Shown here: in pieces, positions 1 to 9,139 of the stretch
Layout: every line of letters begins with the position of its first letter
Position numbering within the stretch: position 1 is the stretch's first letter
Translations under genes and position numbers: made by a program
Notes under the pieces: generated by a model
What the model was told of the DNA's origin: nothing
The model's input: the letters and a program-made list of their open reading frames with translations, nothing else
Database searches by the model: none
Origin: an uncultured Gemmatimonadaceae bacterium
GTDB taxonomy: Bacteria; Gemmatimonadota; Gemmatimonadetes; Longimicrobiales; Gaopeijiaceae
Length of the DNA stretch: 64,000 nucleotides
Reading direction: 5' to 3'
Assembly: GCA_964407425.1 (NCBI GenBank)
Contig: CAYOVN010000001.1
Coordinates: forward strand, 2,381-66,380

Positions 1-1506
1 GGCTGTGAGAACCTCTCGAATGCCTTGGGCAGAAAGCAGTATGTAAAGCCACCCCTCTTCCCGAGGCTGGCCCCCCTCCATCTCCAGTTCGCCAACTATC
101 TCCAATATTTCGACTGGCAGTGGTCCCGAGTCCTCCAGGGGACCCAGGTTCTTTTCTCCGTGGCCCGGCTTCCCTTCACCCTCCTTTTCACCAGCCTGGG
201 AGTTTTCGGAGCTCTGGAGCACTTCCGTAAGGACCGGGCAAGCTGGTGGTATATGGTGAGCCTCTTCGGCACTCTCTCCTTAGCGCTGATCTTCTACCTG
301 AATTTTAAGTACGGGTATTCGATTCAGGATCCCGCGGGAGATTTCCTGGCCCATGAGGTAAGGGAGCGGGACTACTTCTTCATCGTCAGCTTTTCAGTCT
401 GGGGATTGTGGGCCGGGATGGGCATCGCATCCATCTGGAGGATTCTGGCCCGGGGCGTCCCTTCGGGATACAAGAAGGCCGCCCCCATCCTGCTCATCGC
501 CCTCATTCCTCTGGCCCTCAACTGGCCCTGGGCAAGCCGGGCCAAGGACTATTCGGCCCGGGACTGGGCCTACAATCTTCTCATGAGTGCGGAGCCTTAC
601 GGGGTAATCTTCACGAACGGGGACAACGACACTTTCCCTCTCTGGTATCTCCAGGAGGCGGAGGGAATTCGGCAGGACGTGACGGTCATTGTCACATCAT
701 ATCTGAACATCGATTGGTACGCCTTCCAGCTTAAACAGCTCACTACACCCTGTGGACCGAACGAAGATCCTGGGGCGAACCCCACCCGGGTCATCTGCCA
801 AAGACCCTACACGGCCGAGGGATCCCCAGGAGCGGAGTATGTATTCGAGGGGGATGCGGAGGCTGTGCGGAGCGCCGGCAAGGTCCCGCTCCTCCTGGAT
901 GCCCCCATAAGGGCTCCCACGCGCTCGATCCTGACACTACCCGACGAAACGATGGAGCGGGTAGCCCAGACGCTGGTCCCCCTGCGAGAAGACCGCGTGG
1001 TCGATCTGGGTGGTGGTTTGACGGCCAGCCTCTCCGCAGGAGGCTATGTGGAGCCATGGCATCAGTTCGCCCTGTCCATTATCAGCACCGCCCTGGAGGA
1101 TCGCCCCATCTATTTCGCCTCGTCGGGAAATGCCGCCAGTGAGTTGGGTCTCAACCCCTACATCGTGAGACAGGGTCTTGCCTTCAAGCTGAACAAGGGG
1201 ATTCCCAATCCTGAGGAAACCGAGGGATTGGCTGAACTTCCCATGTCTCCCTTTACGAGCGTGACGGGATTGTTCCTGGATGCACCCCGAACCCGGACTC
1301 TGGCGACGGAGGTCTTCATGCATCGAAACGGACTCCCGGATGATTGGCCCCGGTGGCCCTGGCGGGCGGTTCTGGGCATCCCCAGCTACTACTCCTGGGT
1401 CCACTATTCCCTGTACGAATGGGCGCTGGCCGAAGGGGACCAGGAGACGGCCGAGTACCATCTGGGGCGAGCGGAAGCCTGGGCGATGTTGAGGACCGCC
1501 AACTAG
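1..1506 (+). CDS. DUF2723/TMEM260-like membrane glycosyltransferase-family protein, C-terminal part (the 5' end lies outside the window)
   Basis: The frame is open from nt 1, with no stop upstream of the TTG at 25. Hydrophobic helices are followed by the motif FTNGDNDTFPLWYLQEAEGIRQDV, which I recognise from DUF2723 proteins. Codon usage is GC3-rich. Stop is TAG at 1504-1506. Confidence 0.65.
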   Translation, partial: GCENLSNALGRKQYVKPPLFPRLAPLHLQFANYLQYFDWQWSRVLQGTQVLFSVARLPFTLLFTSLGVFGALEHFRKDRASWWYMVSLFGTLSLALIFYLNFKYGYSIQDPAGDFLAHEVRERDYFFIVSFSVWGLWAGMGIASIWRILARGVPSGYKKAAPILLIALIPLALNWPWASRAKDYSARDWAYNLLMSAEPYGVIFTNGDNDTFPLWYLQEAEGIRQDVTVIVTSYLNIDWYAFQLKQLTTPCGPNEDPGANPTRVICQRPYTAEGSPGAEYVFEGDAEAVRSAGKVPLLLDAPIRAPTRSILTLPDETMERVAQTLVPLREDRVVDLGGGLTASLSAGGYVEPWHQFALSIISTALEDRPIYFASSGNAASELGLNPYIVRQGLAFKLNKGIPNPEETEGLAELPMSPFTSVTGLFLDAPRTRTLATEVFMHRNGLPDDWPRWPWRAVLGIPSYYSWVHYSLYEWALAEGDQETAEYHLGRAEAWAMLRTAN

Positions 1507-4289
1507 CGGATCCGGAGAACTCCGACCCCAGCCGGGAGTGAGTGGAGGTTGGCCTTTCCCTTTTCGGGGTGCTCTCTGAAGTCAAAGATGGCATCGAAGA
1601 ATTCCGGAGCCCGTTCCACGACCGAACCTCTGGTAAGGAGAAGGACCTGAGGAATGCGGGAGAGGACTCTCCTCATCAGGCCCAGGGCCCGGAGTTGATC
1701 CTCTCCCCCCATTCGATCGAAGGGATCTCCCAATACGAAGGACCCGAGAGGATTCCAGTCCTCTGCCAGCAGCTCCACCAAGGCGAGCCGGAGGGCCACC
1801 ACGGCCGCAGCCCGGTCCTCATCCGCCTCCACCCCAGCCGACCCACCCCCATCCACCAACTGGACCTCCCCATCTCCGGTTCCCGACTCCAACCCAAGGA
1901 TCCGCCCACCGGTGAGCCGGTTCAGCCGCCGTCCGGCCCGATTCAGAATCCTGAGGCGTCCATCCCTGACAATCTCGTCCTCCAAGGTCCTGGCGAGGTC
2001 GAAAAGGTTCCGGGCGGCGGACGGGGTATCGGGGATTTCACCTACACCATCCCTGAATGGTCCGAGGTCGGTGAGGGATGGGTCGCCTTCGGCTCCCTCT
2101 GCCAAAACCAGAATTAGGCGATCGCCTAATTCTTTTTCCCGGATCCGGAGTTCGTCCACTTCCCGTAGAGACGACCGGGATCGTTCCAGACGTTCCGTGC
2201 AATCCTCGAATTGGGCATTCAGGTGGTGGGACCGTTTCTCAAGCTCGATGAGCTCCTGGGGTTTCTCCTCGAGCTGCTCCCACCGCTTCCGCCACCATTG
2301 ACCATCCTGGACCAGCGTCTCCCACTCCTCCCGAAGCTCTTCCAGAACTTCCTGCGAGTGCTCGGCCAGAAGACGGCCGCAGGTGGGACATGGGCTATCG
2401 GCACCGAGAGCTTCCAGTTTCCGGATTCTCGTCCGGAGTTCGCGACCCCTGTCCCGGTATGCCACCAGATGGGTCTCGGCATCCTGACGCTCCCTATGCC
2501 ACTCCATGTTCCCGGCGCCGAGTTCTCCCCCGATTTCGGTAACGCTTCCCCTCAGGTCCAGAAGCTCCGTCTCCAACTGGGTCACCCGGGACGGGATGTC
2601 CTGGAGGGCCCTGAGCTGGCTTCGGAGATCGGCCAGCTCCGATTCCAACATCAGGCGCTCATAGTCCCTGGCCGAGAGGTCACCCAGATCACGACCTCGT
2701 TTGAGACCTGGATACCGTTCTTCGAGAGCCAGCAGGAGGTCCTCCACCCCACCCACACCCCTGGCAGCAGACAGAAGAGAAGCGCCGCCGTTCAAAACGC
2801 CCTCGGGAGAGTCCCCTCCGTCTCCACACCAGGCGAGGGCCAGCCCCTCCTTGGGCAATCCCCACTCGTGCCGGGGCCCGGATGCTCCCCCCATGGGCGC
2901 CGATCCTGAGGAGTCACCCCTCCTCCTCCAGAAACTGCCTCCCCGGATCCCACCCAACCGGAGGGCCAGGGACGCCTCCTTCTCCTCCTCGGTCTTCACG
3001 AGGCCGGGAAGATCGGAGTGGATTCCAACACCCCAAAGGAGCGTATTGGCGAAAGCCTGGAGGGTTCGCCCATCTCCACCCATCCACCCCAAAAGGCCTT
3101 CGGTGGAATCCATGCTCAGGTCCCCCAGAAAGGGGAGGCCCGACCCGTGGAACTCCTGGACGATGAGCTCTTCCTCCAAACCCCGCTCATCTTCCGTGGA
3201 AGGAATGGCCCCGCCGAACTCATCCAGAAGGGCCTCCATCCCTTTCCCGTCTCCTTCGGCTTCCTTCACGCGTTCCCTGAGAGTTCGAAGGGCATAGCCC
3301 CTATCCCTGGCCACCAGGGGCAGCGGATTGTTCCTGGCAAGGCTTTCGAAGTCATCCACCTCAATGGCGAGGTGAAGGGCCTGGTCTCTCAGCTCGGCGA
3401 AGAGCCCCTGGTCCTCGTTCTTCACTTCCTCCGGAGTCAGTCCCTCGATCCGGAGACGGACGATCTTGCCCTCGATGCCCCCCGGCACCTCGCCGATGAC
3501 CTCCCGGACCTTCCCGGCCAGCTTGGACGATTCCCCCTTTGGGACCCGGATCGGAGCCAGTGCCACTACAGCCCTGCCCGGGATAGGGTGGAACCGGGAG
3601 ACGCCCGACTCGAGATCGAAAGAGAGGAATCCTTTCTCCTGGGCAGCCTCCCGCCAGGGTTCCGGACCCACCCTCTCCAGGGAGCCCGGATAGTGGACCG
3701 TGGGGGCCACTTCCTGGCGTTGATGCAGATACCCAAGAGCCACATAGTCCCATGGAGCCGGGTCCAGGTTGAGCCCCGGCCCCGCACCGGTGGCGACCCC
3801 GGCGTAAGCCAGGAGGAGATTCCATCGTGCTTCGGGGTGGGTCCTCAGGGTAGGGTAGGGGCGTCGAAGGACGGCGTTGTGGGGCACCAGGAAGAGGTGG
3901 GTTTCCAAATCCCGGAGGAACACTGATCTGGCCCTCCCGGTGACCGCCTCCACATTGGGAAACGGATCCAGTGCCGCAAGGGCACCGGGATCGGTCATGG
4001 GCCGGGGCGTATCCCGGGCTCCGGCCACCATAAAGACCCGCGTTTCGGGGATGGCGCTCCGGATGGACTCCAAGCCCTGGGCCAGGGTGACCAGGGCTCC
4101 CGGCGGCGGGTCCGGCCGGTCGAAGATGTCCCCCACCAGCAGGATCAGCTCCGGCTTCAGGGTGATGACTTCCCGTACCGCACGCTGAAACGCCTCGCCC
4201 ACATCCCGCTCACGAACGTTCTTCCCCCGCTCGGCCCTTTCATAGGCTCGGTGCCCGAGATGCAGATCGGAGAAATGAACGAGGAGCAC
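1503..4289 (-). CDS. Fused SbcD/Mre11-like phosphoesterase and SbcC/Rad50-like zinc-hook protein (928 aa) with apparently degenerate catalytic motifs
   Basis: N-terminus has MLLVHFSDLHLGH (DxH) and LLVGDIFDRP (GDxxDR). A P-loop-like GGDGRT lies at aa 404-409. Heptad-rich helices flank CPTCGR (aa 634-639, nt 2379-2390). The C-terminal lobe has ALRLAL, FVLGDPFD and VLLLTRG. See the finding for this gene. Confidence 0.6.
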   Translation of the reverse strand: MLLVHFSDLHLGHRAYERAERGKNVRERDVGEAFQRAVREVITLKPELILLVGDIFDRPDPPPGALVTLAQGLESIRSAIPETRVFMVAGARDTPRPMTDPGALAALDPFPNVEAVTGRARSVFLRDLETHLFLVPHNAVLRRPYPTLRTHPEARWNLLLAYAGVATGAGPGLNLDPAPWDYVALGYLHQRQEVAPTVHYPGSLERVGPEPWREAAQEKGFLSFDLESGVSRFHPIPGRAVVALAPIRVPKGESSKLAGKVREVIGEVPGGIEGKIVRLRIEGLTPEEVKNEDQGLFAELRDQALHLAIEVDDFESLARNNPLPLVARDRGYALRTLRERVKEAEGDGKGMEALLDEFGGAIPSTEDERGLEEELIVQEFHGSGLPFLGDLSMDSTEGLLGWMGGDGRTLQAFANTLLWGVGIHSDLPGLVKTEEEKEASLALRLGGIRGGSFWRRRGDSSGSAPMGGASGPRHEWGLPKEGLALAWCGDGGDSPEGVLNGGASLLSAARGVGGVEDLLLALEERYPGLKRGRDLGDLSARDYERLMLESELADLRSQLRALQDIPSRVTQLETELLDLRGSVTEIGGELGAGNMEWHRERQDAETHLVAYRDRGRELRTRIRKLEALGADSPCPTCGRLLAEHSQEVLEELREEWETLVQDGQWWRKRWEQLEEKPQELIELEKRSHHLNAQFEDCTERLERSRSSLREVDELRIREKELGDRLILVLAEGAEGDPSLTDLGPFRDGVGEIPDTPSAARNLFDLARTLEDEIVRDGRLRILNRAGRRLNRLTGGRILGLESGTGDGEVQLVDGGGSAGVEADEDRAAAVVALRLALVELLAEDWNPLGSFVLGDPFDRMGGEDQLRALGLMRRVLSRIPQVLLLTRGSVVERAPEFFDAIFDFREHPEKGKANLHSLPAGVGVLRIR

Positions 4290-4292
4290 GGA

Positions 4293-5687
4293 TCAGCCCT
4301 TTGCCACAGACAGGGCTTCGAAACCATCGGGGATAAAAGGCCAGGCCGGCTCAACGGAGGGGGAACAGACGAGGACGTACTGTTCATCTCCCATATCAGG
4401 AAGGAGTTCATGGTCGAGGTGTTCGTCCAGGGCCCGGAAGAGCATCACCCCGTCGAACCATTCCGTAGCACCCGAAGCGAAAGCGTTGATGGCGCTGGTG
4501 GATCGCCCCCCGGACGAGCCGAGTCCCCCGATGACCAAAGCCCCTCCGGGATCGACTGCTTTCGAAAGGAATCGCCAGTCCTCTTCCCGAAGGAATGGAG
4601 AAGAACCCAAGGTCGGCAGGGCTTCACCATCCACAACCACCAAGGGGTAGGTTCGGTCCGGAGGAGCTCTCTCCAGGATCTCTCCAATTCGCATACCCGG
4701 CTGCTGGGTCCTACCCTCATCGGAGGAAAGCTGGTCATCCACCACCCCTTCTTCCCCTCCCGCGAAGGTGGACTCGGCCAGGGCCACCAATTCTGGACTT
4801 CGTTCCACCGTTTGAACGGCCAGGACAATTCCCCCCCGGGAAAGAGCCCGGGCGAGGGTCCCGCTCCCGCCTCCCAGGTAGAGAAGAGACCCAGGTCTGT
4901 CCTCGGCGGCCAGAAGCCTCTCGAGGAGAGCCTTCTCCCAAGGGCGGCCAGGGGCCCCGGTGAGGTCTTCGGCCCCCCGCACCCTACTTTCGGAAACGAT
5001 GACCTTCAGTTCCCTCCGGGAGCGTCCCAGGGCCCGGGCCTCAGCCCGCCAATCCCCCGTCGGGCCAGACACCACCTCCAGAACCTCCCGTATGGGCCAC
5101 CCATCCAGCACCCACCCCTGGACGAGGGCGCCACCCGAAAGGGCCACCAATGAAAAAAGGTAGATGGAGTAGGGTGCGGCGTTTGGAATCAGCACCAGGC
5201 CGGCAACGAGGAATCCGGCAGCGGCCCCCAGGACGGAGGATGCCCCGAAAGGAGGAAGTGTGGCCCATGACATAGACGCACTCCCAGGCTGCCCGGCCCG
5301 ACCCATGGCTCCCAGGAGGGACCCGAGAGCGAAGAGCGGAAGGGCTCCCAGGAAGCCTAGACCGAATCCCTGGCTGATGACGGTTCCCGATCCATCCCCC
5401 AGGAAGTCCAGGCCGGCAGAGAGAGCCGACGCCAACGCAAAAACGACGAGGGAGAAGAGCCAACGACGGCGGATCTTCTCCACCACCCCGCCACCGAGGG
5501 GGAGGGACCCACCCCATAACCCGAATGCCAGGGCGCCCATCTCGATGGTCAGGATGAGGGTCATGGCGGGAAGAAACCCGTTCTCGGTATAAAGAAGGAG
5601 ACCGGTGGAGGTTTCCACCGTCACCGCTGCCACGAGCCCCGCCAGGAACGGCGGAAGCTGTGCAAGAGATCGCCGGATCCCCGTCAC
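4293..5687 (-). CDS. Membrane-anchored spermidine/spermine-synthase-like SAM-dependent transferase
   Basis: About 200 aa of hydrophobic, Gly/Ala/Leu-rich predicted TM helices at the N-terminus. These are followed by a Rossmann-type LLYLGGGSGTLARAL motif and a PLVVVDG stretch. The start overlaps the stop of the upstream flavin reductase by 4 nt. Confidence 0.55.
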   Translation of the reverse strand: MTGIRRSLAQLPPFLAGLVAAVTVETSTGLLLYTENGFLPAMTLILTIEMGALAFGLWGGSLPLGGGVVEKIRRRWLFSLVVFALASALSAGLDFLGDGSGTVISQGFGLGFLGALPLFALGSLLGAMGRAGQPGSASMSWATLPPFGASSVLGAAAGFLVAGLVLIPNAAPYSIYLFSLVALSGGALVQGWVLDGWPIREVLEVVSGPTGDWRAEARALGRSRRELKVIVSESRVRGAEDLTGAPGRPWEKALLERLLAAEDRPGSLLYLGGGSGTLARALSRGGIVLAVQTVERSPELVALAESTFAGGEEGVVDDQLSSDEGRTQQPGMRIGEILERAPPDRTYPLVVVDGEALPTLGSSPFLREEDWRFLSKAVDPGGALVIGGLGSSGGRSTSAINAFASGATEWFDGVMLFRALDEHLDHELLPDMGDEQYVLVCSPSVEPAWPFIPDGFEALSVAKG

Positions 5688-6160
5688 GGAACAATGCCCT
5701 GAAGTGAACCCCGGAAGAAGAGGAGGGGGTCACCTTCCCTTGCCCCACAATCCACGACCTCACCGATGATGATGTCGTGATCCCCGCCCTGAAAGACTTC
5801 CGCGACCCTGCACTCGATCCAGGCCAGAGCTCCCTCGATCAGGGGACTCCCAAGCACACCGGCCTCCACATCCAACTCTTGGAACCGGCGGTCTGGATCC
5901 CCTTCGGAGAAGCGATAGGCGAGTTCATGCTGTTCGGCGCTGAGAATGCTCACGCCGAAATGGCCCGCTTCCAAGAGCGGATCGTGGCCATCCGCATCTT
6001 TGTGAAGGCTGACCATTATCGTCGGCGGTGCCAGGGAGACCGAGGTGAACGCGTTGACGGTGAGCCCCACCGGCTCTCCGTTCGGCTTCCTGGACGCCAC
6101 CACGGTTACCCCGGTGGAGAAATGCCCCATGACGGTGCGGAACTTCTCTTGGCCGATCAT
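5684..6160 (-). CDS. Flavin reductase family protein (HpaC/NADH:FMN oxidoreductase-like)
   Basis: FRTVMGHFSTGVTVVASR...PVGLTVNAFTSVSLAPPTIMVSL...DHDIIIGEVV is a typical flavin-reductase-like FMN-binding domain of about 158 aa. Confidence 0.85.
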   Translation of the reverse strand: MIGQEKFRTVMGHFSTGVTVVASRKPNGEPVGLTVNAFTSVSLAPPTIMVSLHKDADGHDPLLEAGHFGVSILSAEQHELAYRFSEGDPDRRFQELDVEAGVLGSPLIEGALAWIECRVAEVFQGGDHDIIIGEVVDCGAREGDPLLFFRGSLQGIVP

Positions 6161-6297
6161 TGATCTCCCGTGTTTTGCCTCTGCACTGGCCTCACCCTAG
6201 CTTTGAAAAAGCTCCTGGGAGAGAGCTTCACACCTGCGCCGACTTCGGTGCTCCGGCGAAGCCTGCATTTTTGATCGCCGACAGACTATGAAGGGCA

Positions 6298-7326
6298 GTG
6301 ATGATCGGAAGAATACCCCGCTGGTTCCTAATGGTTGGGATTGTAACCGCCACTTTTGGATGCGACAACGTATCCTGGGGGGGGATGAGCCTGAGCCTAG
6401 AGGGCCCCCCGAGGGACTCATCGGCCATATCCGAAGTCGAGGTGCCGGAGGGTGCCCAAAGATTCGAGTATGGCCCCCTCCTATTTGCTGGCGTTCGGGA
6501 GGGGGATTCGGCCCGGGTGGTGCCGGTGGCCGAACTGGTGGATGGTGTCCTCCGGCCTCTGCCTCCTGGGGACGCCGGGGCCAGGATGGCCGAACAGGTC
6601 CTCGAGGAACGGCTGGCTCCGGGTCAACGCCTCACGGTTTTCCACGGGGGCACCCGCATAGGAACGTTCACGACCTCCGCCTCCCTGGGGACCACCACCG
6701 AATACTGCTCGCCCAGGGCCCAGGCTTCCGGGCATGTCGAGCTGGTCCCGAGCGCCTCCGAGGCCCAACGGTTCATGGCCCTGGCGGAAGGTACCGGAGG
6801 CCCCTGGTCCTTCGGCCTGTACCAGAATTTCGTCGCCGAACGGGCCCAGCGTAACGCCATCCAGAATATTGCCGGTGTGGCCCTAAACGAGGCTCGGGCC
6901 CAATGGCCCACTGCCCTCCAGAATATCCGGCAGGATCTTCAACTCTTCCTTCCTCCCGGGGGCGAGACCCCAGCCGTCGTTGCCTCGTTTCTATTCCAGG
7001 ACCAGATGGAGATTGGACCCGCCCCCGACCAGGCCTATTCCCTCCTCGTTGTGGGAGAGCCGGCGGGACGACAGTTCAACACCACCTTCACCTGGTACCG
7101 GCGGGTGGCAGATGAAGGAAAGGGCGCACCCCGCCTCTTCTCCTTGATGGACTGGGACCAGGACGGGGAGGACGAGCTCCTCCTTGAAGTCTTCGGTGCC
7201 GACTCCAAGTGGTGGGCCGCGCTGGAACGGGAGAATGGGAACTGGACCCTGGCCTTCCAAGACCCCTGCGGGACTCCGGAGGCCCAGGCCCCACCCACGG
7301 AAGGGTCCCAGGACGGCCAGGGGTGA
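6298..7326 (+). CDS. Hypothetical lipoprotein with a C-terminal DWDQDGEDELLL (FG-GAP/VCBS-like) motif
   Basis: Signal peptide plus lipobox (LMVGIVTATFGC). Codon usage is GC3-rich. The stop TGA at 7324-7326 overlaps the ATG of the next gene (TGATG). Confidence 0.6.
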   Translation: MMIGRIPRWFLMVGIVTATFGCDNVSWGGMSLSLEGPPRDSSAISEVEVPEGAQRFEYGPLLFAGVREGDSARVVPVAELVDGVLRPLPPGDAGARMAEQVLEERLAPGQRLTVFHGGTRIGTFTTSASLGTTTEYCSPRAQASGHVELVPSASEAQRFMALAEGTGGPWSFGLYQNFVAERAQRNAIQNIAGVALNEARAQWPTALQNIRQDLQLFLPPGGETPAVVASFLFQDQMEIGPAPDQAYSLLVVGEPAGRQFNTTFTWYRRVADEGKGAPRLFSLMDWDQDGEDELLLEVFGADSKWWAALERENGNWTLAFQDPCGTPEAQAPPTEGSQDGQG

Positions 7327-8156
7327 TGAGGAATCTCGGGTCCCTGAGGGGCTTGGTCCTCATATCCAGCCTTTCCGTCCTGGCGTGTGGCTCTGAGGAG
7401 CCCGGCGCAGGGCATGACCCGGACTTTTCCGTGTCACCGGATCGGATCGTATCCCTCGTCCCTTCCGCAACTCGGACCCTCCAGGCCCTGCAGGTGACCC
7501 ACCTCCTGGTGGGGCGTACGGACTACGATACCATGGGGGGGATTGGCCACCTCCCGTCGGTGGGGGGAGGATTGGACCCGAACCCGGAGGCCCTGTTGCT
7601 TCTGGATCCGGATCTGGTCATTCGGTTCGCTGGCCTGGCGGACCCGTCCGCCCCTGATGTTCTCGATGACCTCGGGTTTCCCACCCTCGCCGTGAGACTC
7701 GACCATGTGGCCGACGTCCGCGCCATGATCCAGAAGCTCGGGTCCATTACAGGCTCGGAAGCCAGGGCTGAGGAGTTGGTCGAGGAGATGGACAGGGCAC
7801 TGGGGGAGGTTCGAAGCTTGGTGGCGGGACGCACCCCTGTTAGGGTGGCCTATGTTTTGGGCGGAAATCCCCCCTGGGTGGCAGGGCCCGACACCTTTAT
7901 CCACGAGATTCTGGCGAGCGCCGGCGGGGAGAACGTCTTCTCAGACCTGGAGGCCCAATACGGCCCGGTGAGTCCGGAGGAGTTCCTTGTCAGAAACATC
8001 GAAGTGTTGATGGCTCCCGAAGGCGTCGAGGTTCTGGTCCCAACAGGTGACATCCCTCTTTTGAGAGTATCCCCCGCTCTGGAACTCCCCGGTCCTGATC
8101 TGGCCAGGGCCATTCGGGAGGTGGCGGGCCTCCTCCACCCGGAGGTGTTCCGGTGA
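7326..8156 (+). CDS. ABC transporter periplasmic binding protein, BtuF/FhuD class (cobalamin or iron-chelate)
   Basis: Lipoprotein signal (ISSLSVLACGS). The motif RIVSLVPSATRTLQALQVTHLLVGRTDYD is typical of PF01497-type binding proteins. I chose the ATG at 7326 rather than the track start at 7209, which lies inside the previous gene. Confidence 0.75.
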   Translation: MRNLGSLRGLVLISSLSVLACGSEEPGAGHDPDFSVSPDRIVSLVPSATRTLQALQVTHLLVGRTDYDTMGGIGHLPSVGGGLDPNPEALLLLDPDLVIRFAGLADPSAPDVLDDLGFPTLAVRLDHVADVRAMIQKLGSITGSEARAEELVEEMDRALGEVRSLVAGRTPVRVAYVLGGNPPWVAGPDTFIHEILASAGGENVFSDLEAQYGPVSPEEFLVRNIEVLMAPEGVEVLVPTGDIPLLRVSPALELPGPDLARAIREVAGLLHPEVFR

Positions 8157-9139
8157 GGAAAGCCGCTCTGACCGGCGTCCTGGTTGTTGCAGCCGTTCTG
8201 GCCGTTATCCTCAGCGTTCGGTTCGGAGGGGTCCACATTGAAACGGGGGAATTTCTCTCCGCTCTCTTCGGGAGGGGCACCGAAGCCCACCGGAGAATCA
8301 TCGAGCTCAGGCTACCCAGGGTGTTCCTCGGACTCCTGGTAGGAGGAGGGTTGGCTCTCTCGGGCTCGGTGTTTCAGGCCTTGCTTCGAAATCCACTGGC
8401 CGAGCCGTTCATTCTGGGAATCTCCGGAGGTTCGGCCGCCGGGGCCGTCCTGGTCATCGCCCTGGGGCTCACCGCCGCCGGCTCGCTGGTTCTCCCTGCC
8501 GCGGCCTTCGCCGGGGCCATGGTAGCCATCCTCCTGGTATTCGGCGTGGCGGCTTCAGCGGACAGGCGTCTCGACGTCCGGGTACTCCTGCTGGCCGGGG
8601 TGGTGGTGGGATCGTTCTTCACTGCCATCATCGCTTTCATCCTCTCCCTCTCCCAGGCCAGGGCAGTCCGGACGGCCATCGTCTGGATGATGGGGAGTCT
8701 GGCGGGGGCCGACTGGGCAGACGTAGCGGTGGTGGCGGCCTACACCCTTCCATCGGCCCTTATCCTCATTGGCCTCTCCCGGGCCCTCAACCTCATGGCC
8801 GTGGGGGAGGAGACGGCCAGCTACCTGGGCACTGACGTTGAGAGAGTAAAGAAGATCGCATACGGTGTGGCATCCCTCATGACGGCGGCGGGGGTGGCCG
8901 TAGCCGGAATCATCGGGTTTGTGGGCCTCATCATTCCCCACACCCTCCGCCTTTTCGTGGGATCGGACCAGCGGATTCTCCTGCCACTTTCCTTCCTGGC
9001 CGGAGCCGTCTTCTTGACCCTTGCCGATCTTCTAGCCCGGGTCCTTCTCGCCCCCATCGAGATTCCGATAGGAGTCATCACCGCCCTGGTCGGAGTTCCC
9101 ATCTTCCTCGTCCTCCTTCGAAGGAGCATGCCGGAATGA
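8153..9139 (+). CDS. FecCD/BtuC-family ABC transporter permease
   Basis: About 9 TM segments. Contains LRNPLAEPFILGISGGSAAGAV and GLIIPHTLRLFVGSDQRILLPLS, both FecCD hallmarks. Overlaps its neighbours by 4 nt on each side. Confidence 0.9.
   Translation: MRKAALTGVLVVAAVLAVILSVRFGGVHIETGEFLSALFGRGTEAHRRIIELRLPRVFLGLLVGGGLALSGSVFQALLRNPLAEPFILGISGGSAAGAVLVIALGLTAAGSLVLPAAAFAGAMVAILLVFGVAASADRRLDVRVLLLAGVVVGSFFTAIIAFILSLSQARAVRTAIVWMMGSLAGADWADVAVVAAYTLPSALILIGLSRALNLMAVGEETASYLGTDVERVKKIAYGVASLMTAAGVAVAGIIGFVGLIIPHTLRLFVGSDQRILLPLSFLAGAVFLTLADLLARVLLAPIEIPIGVITALVGVPIFLVLLRRSMPE

Noticed and set aside
6161-6297. Possible cobalamin riboswitch upstream of the BtuF-type transporter unit
   Set aside because: The leader is only 137 nt, has no B12-box-like AGYCMGgAgaCCkGCc element, and is too short for the usual roughly 200-nt aptamer.
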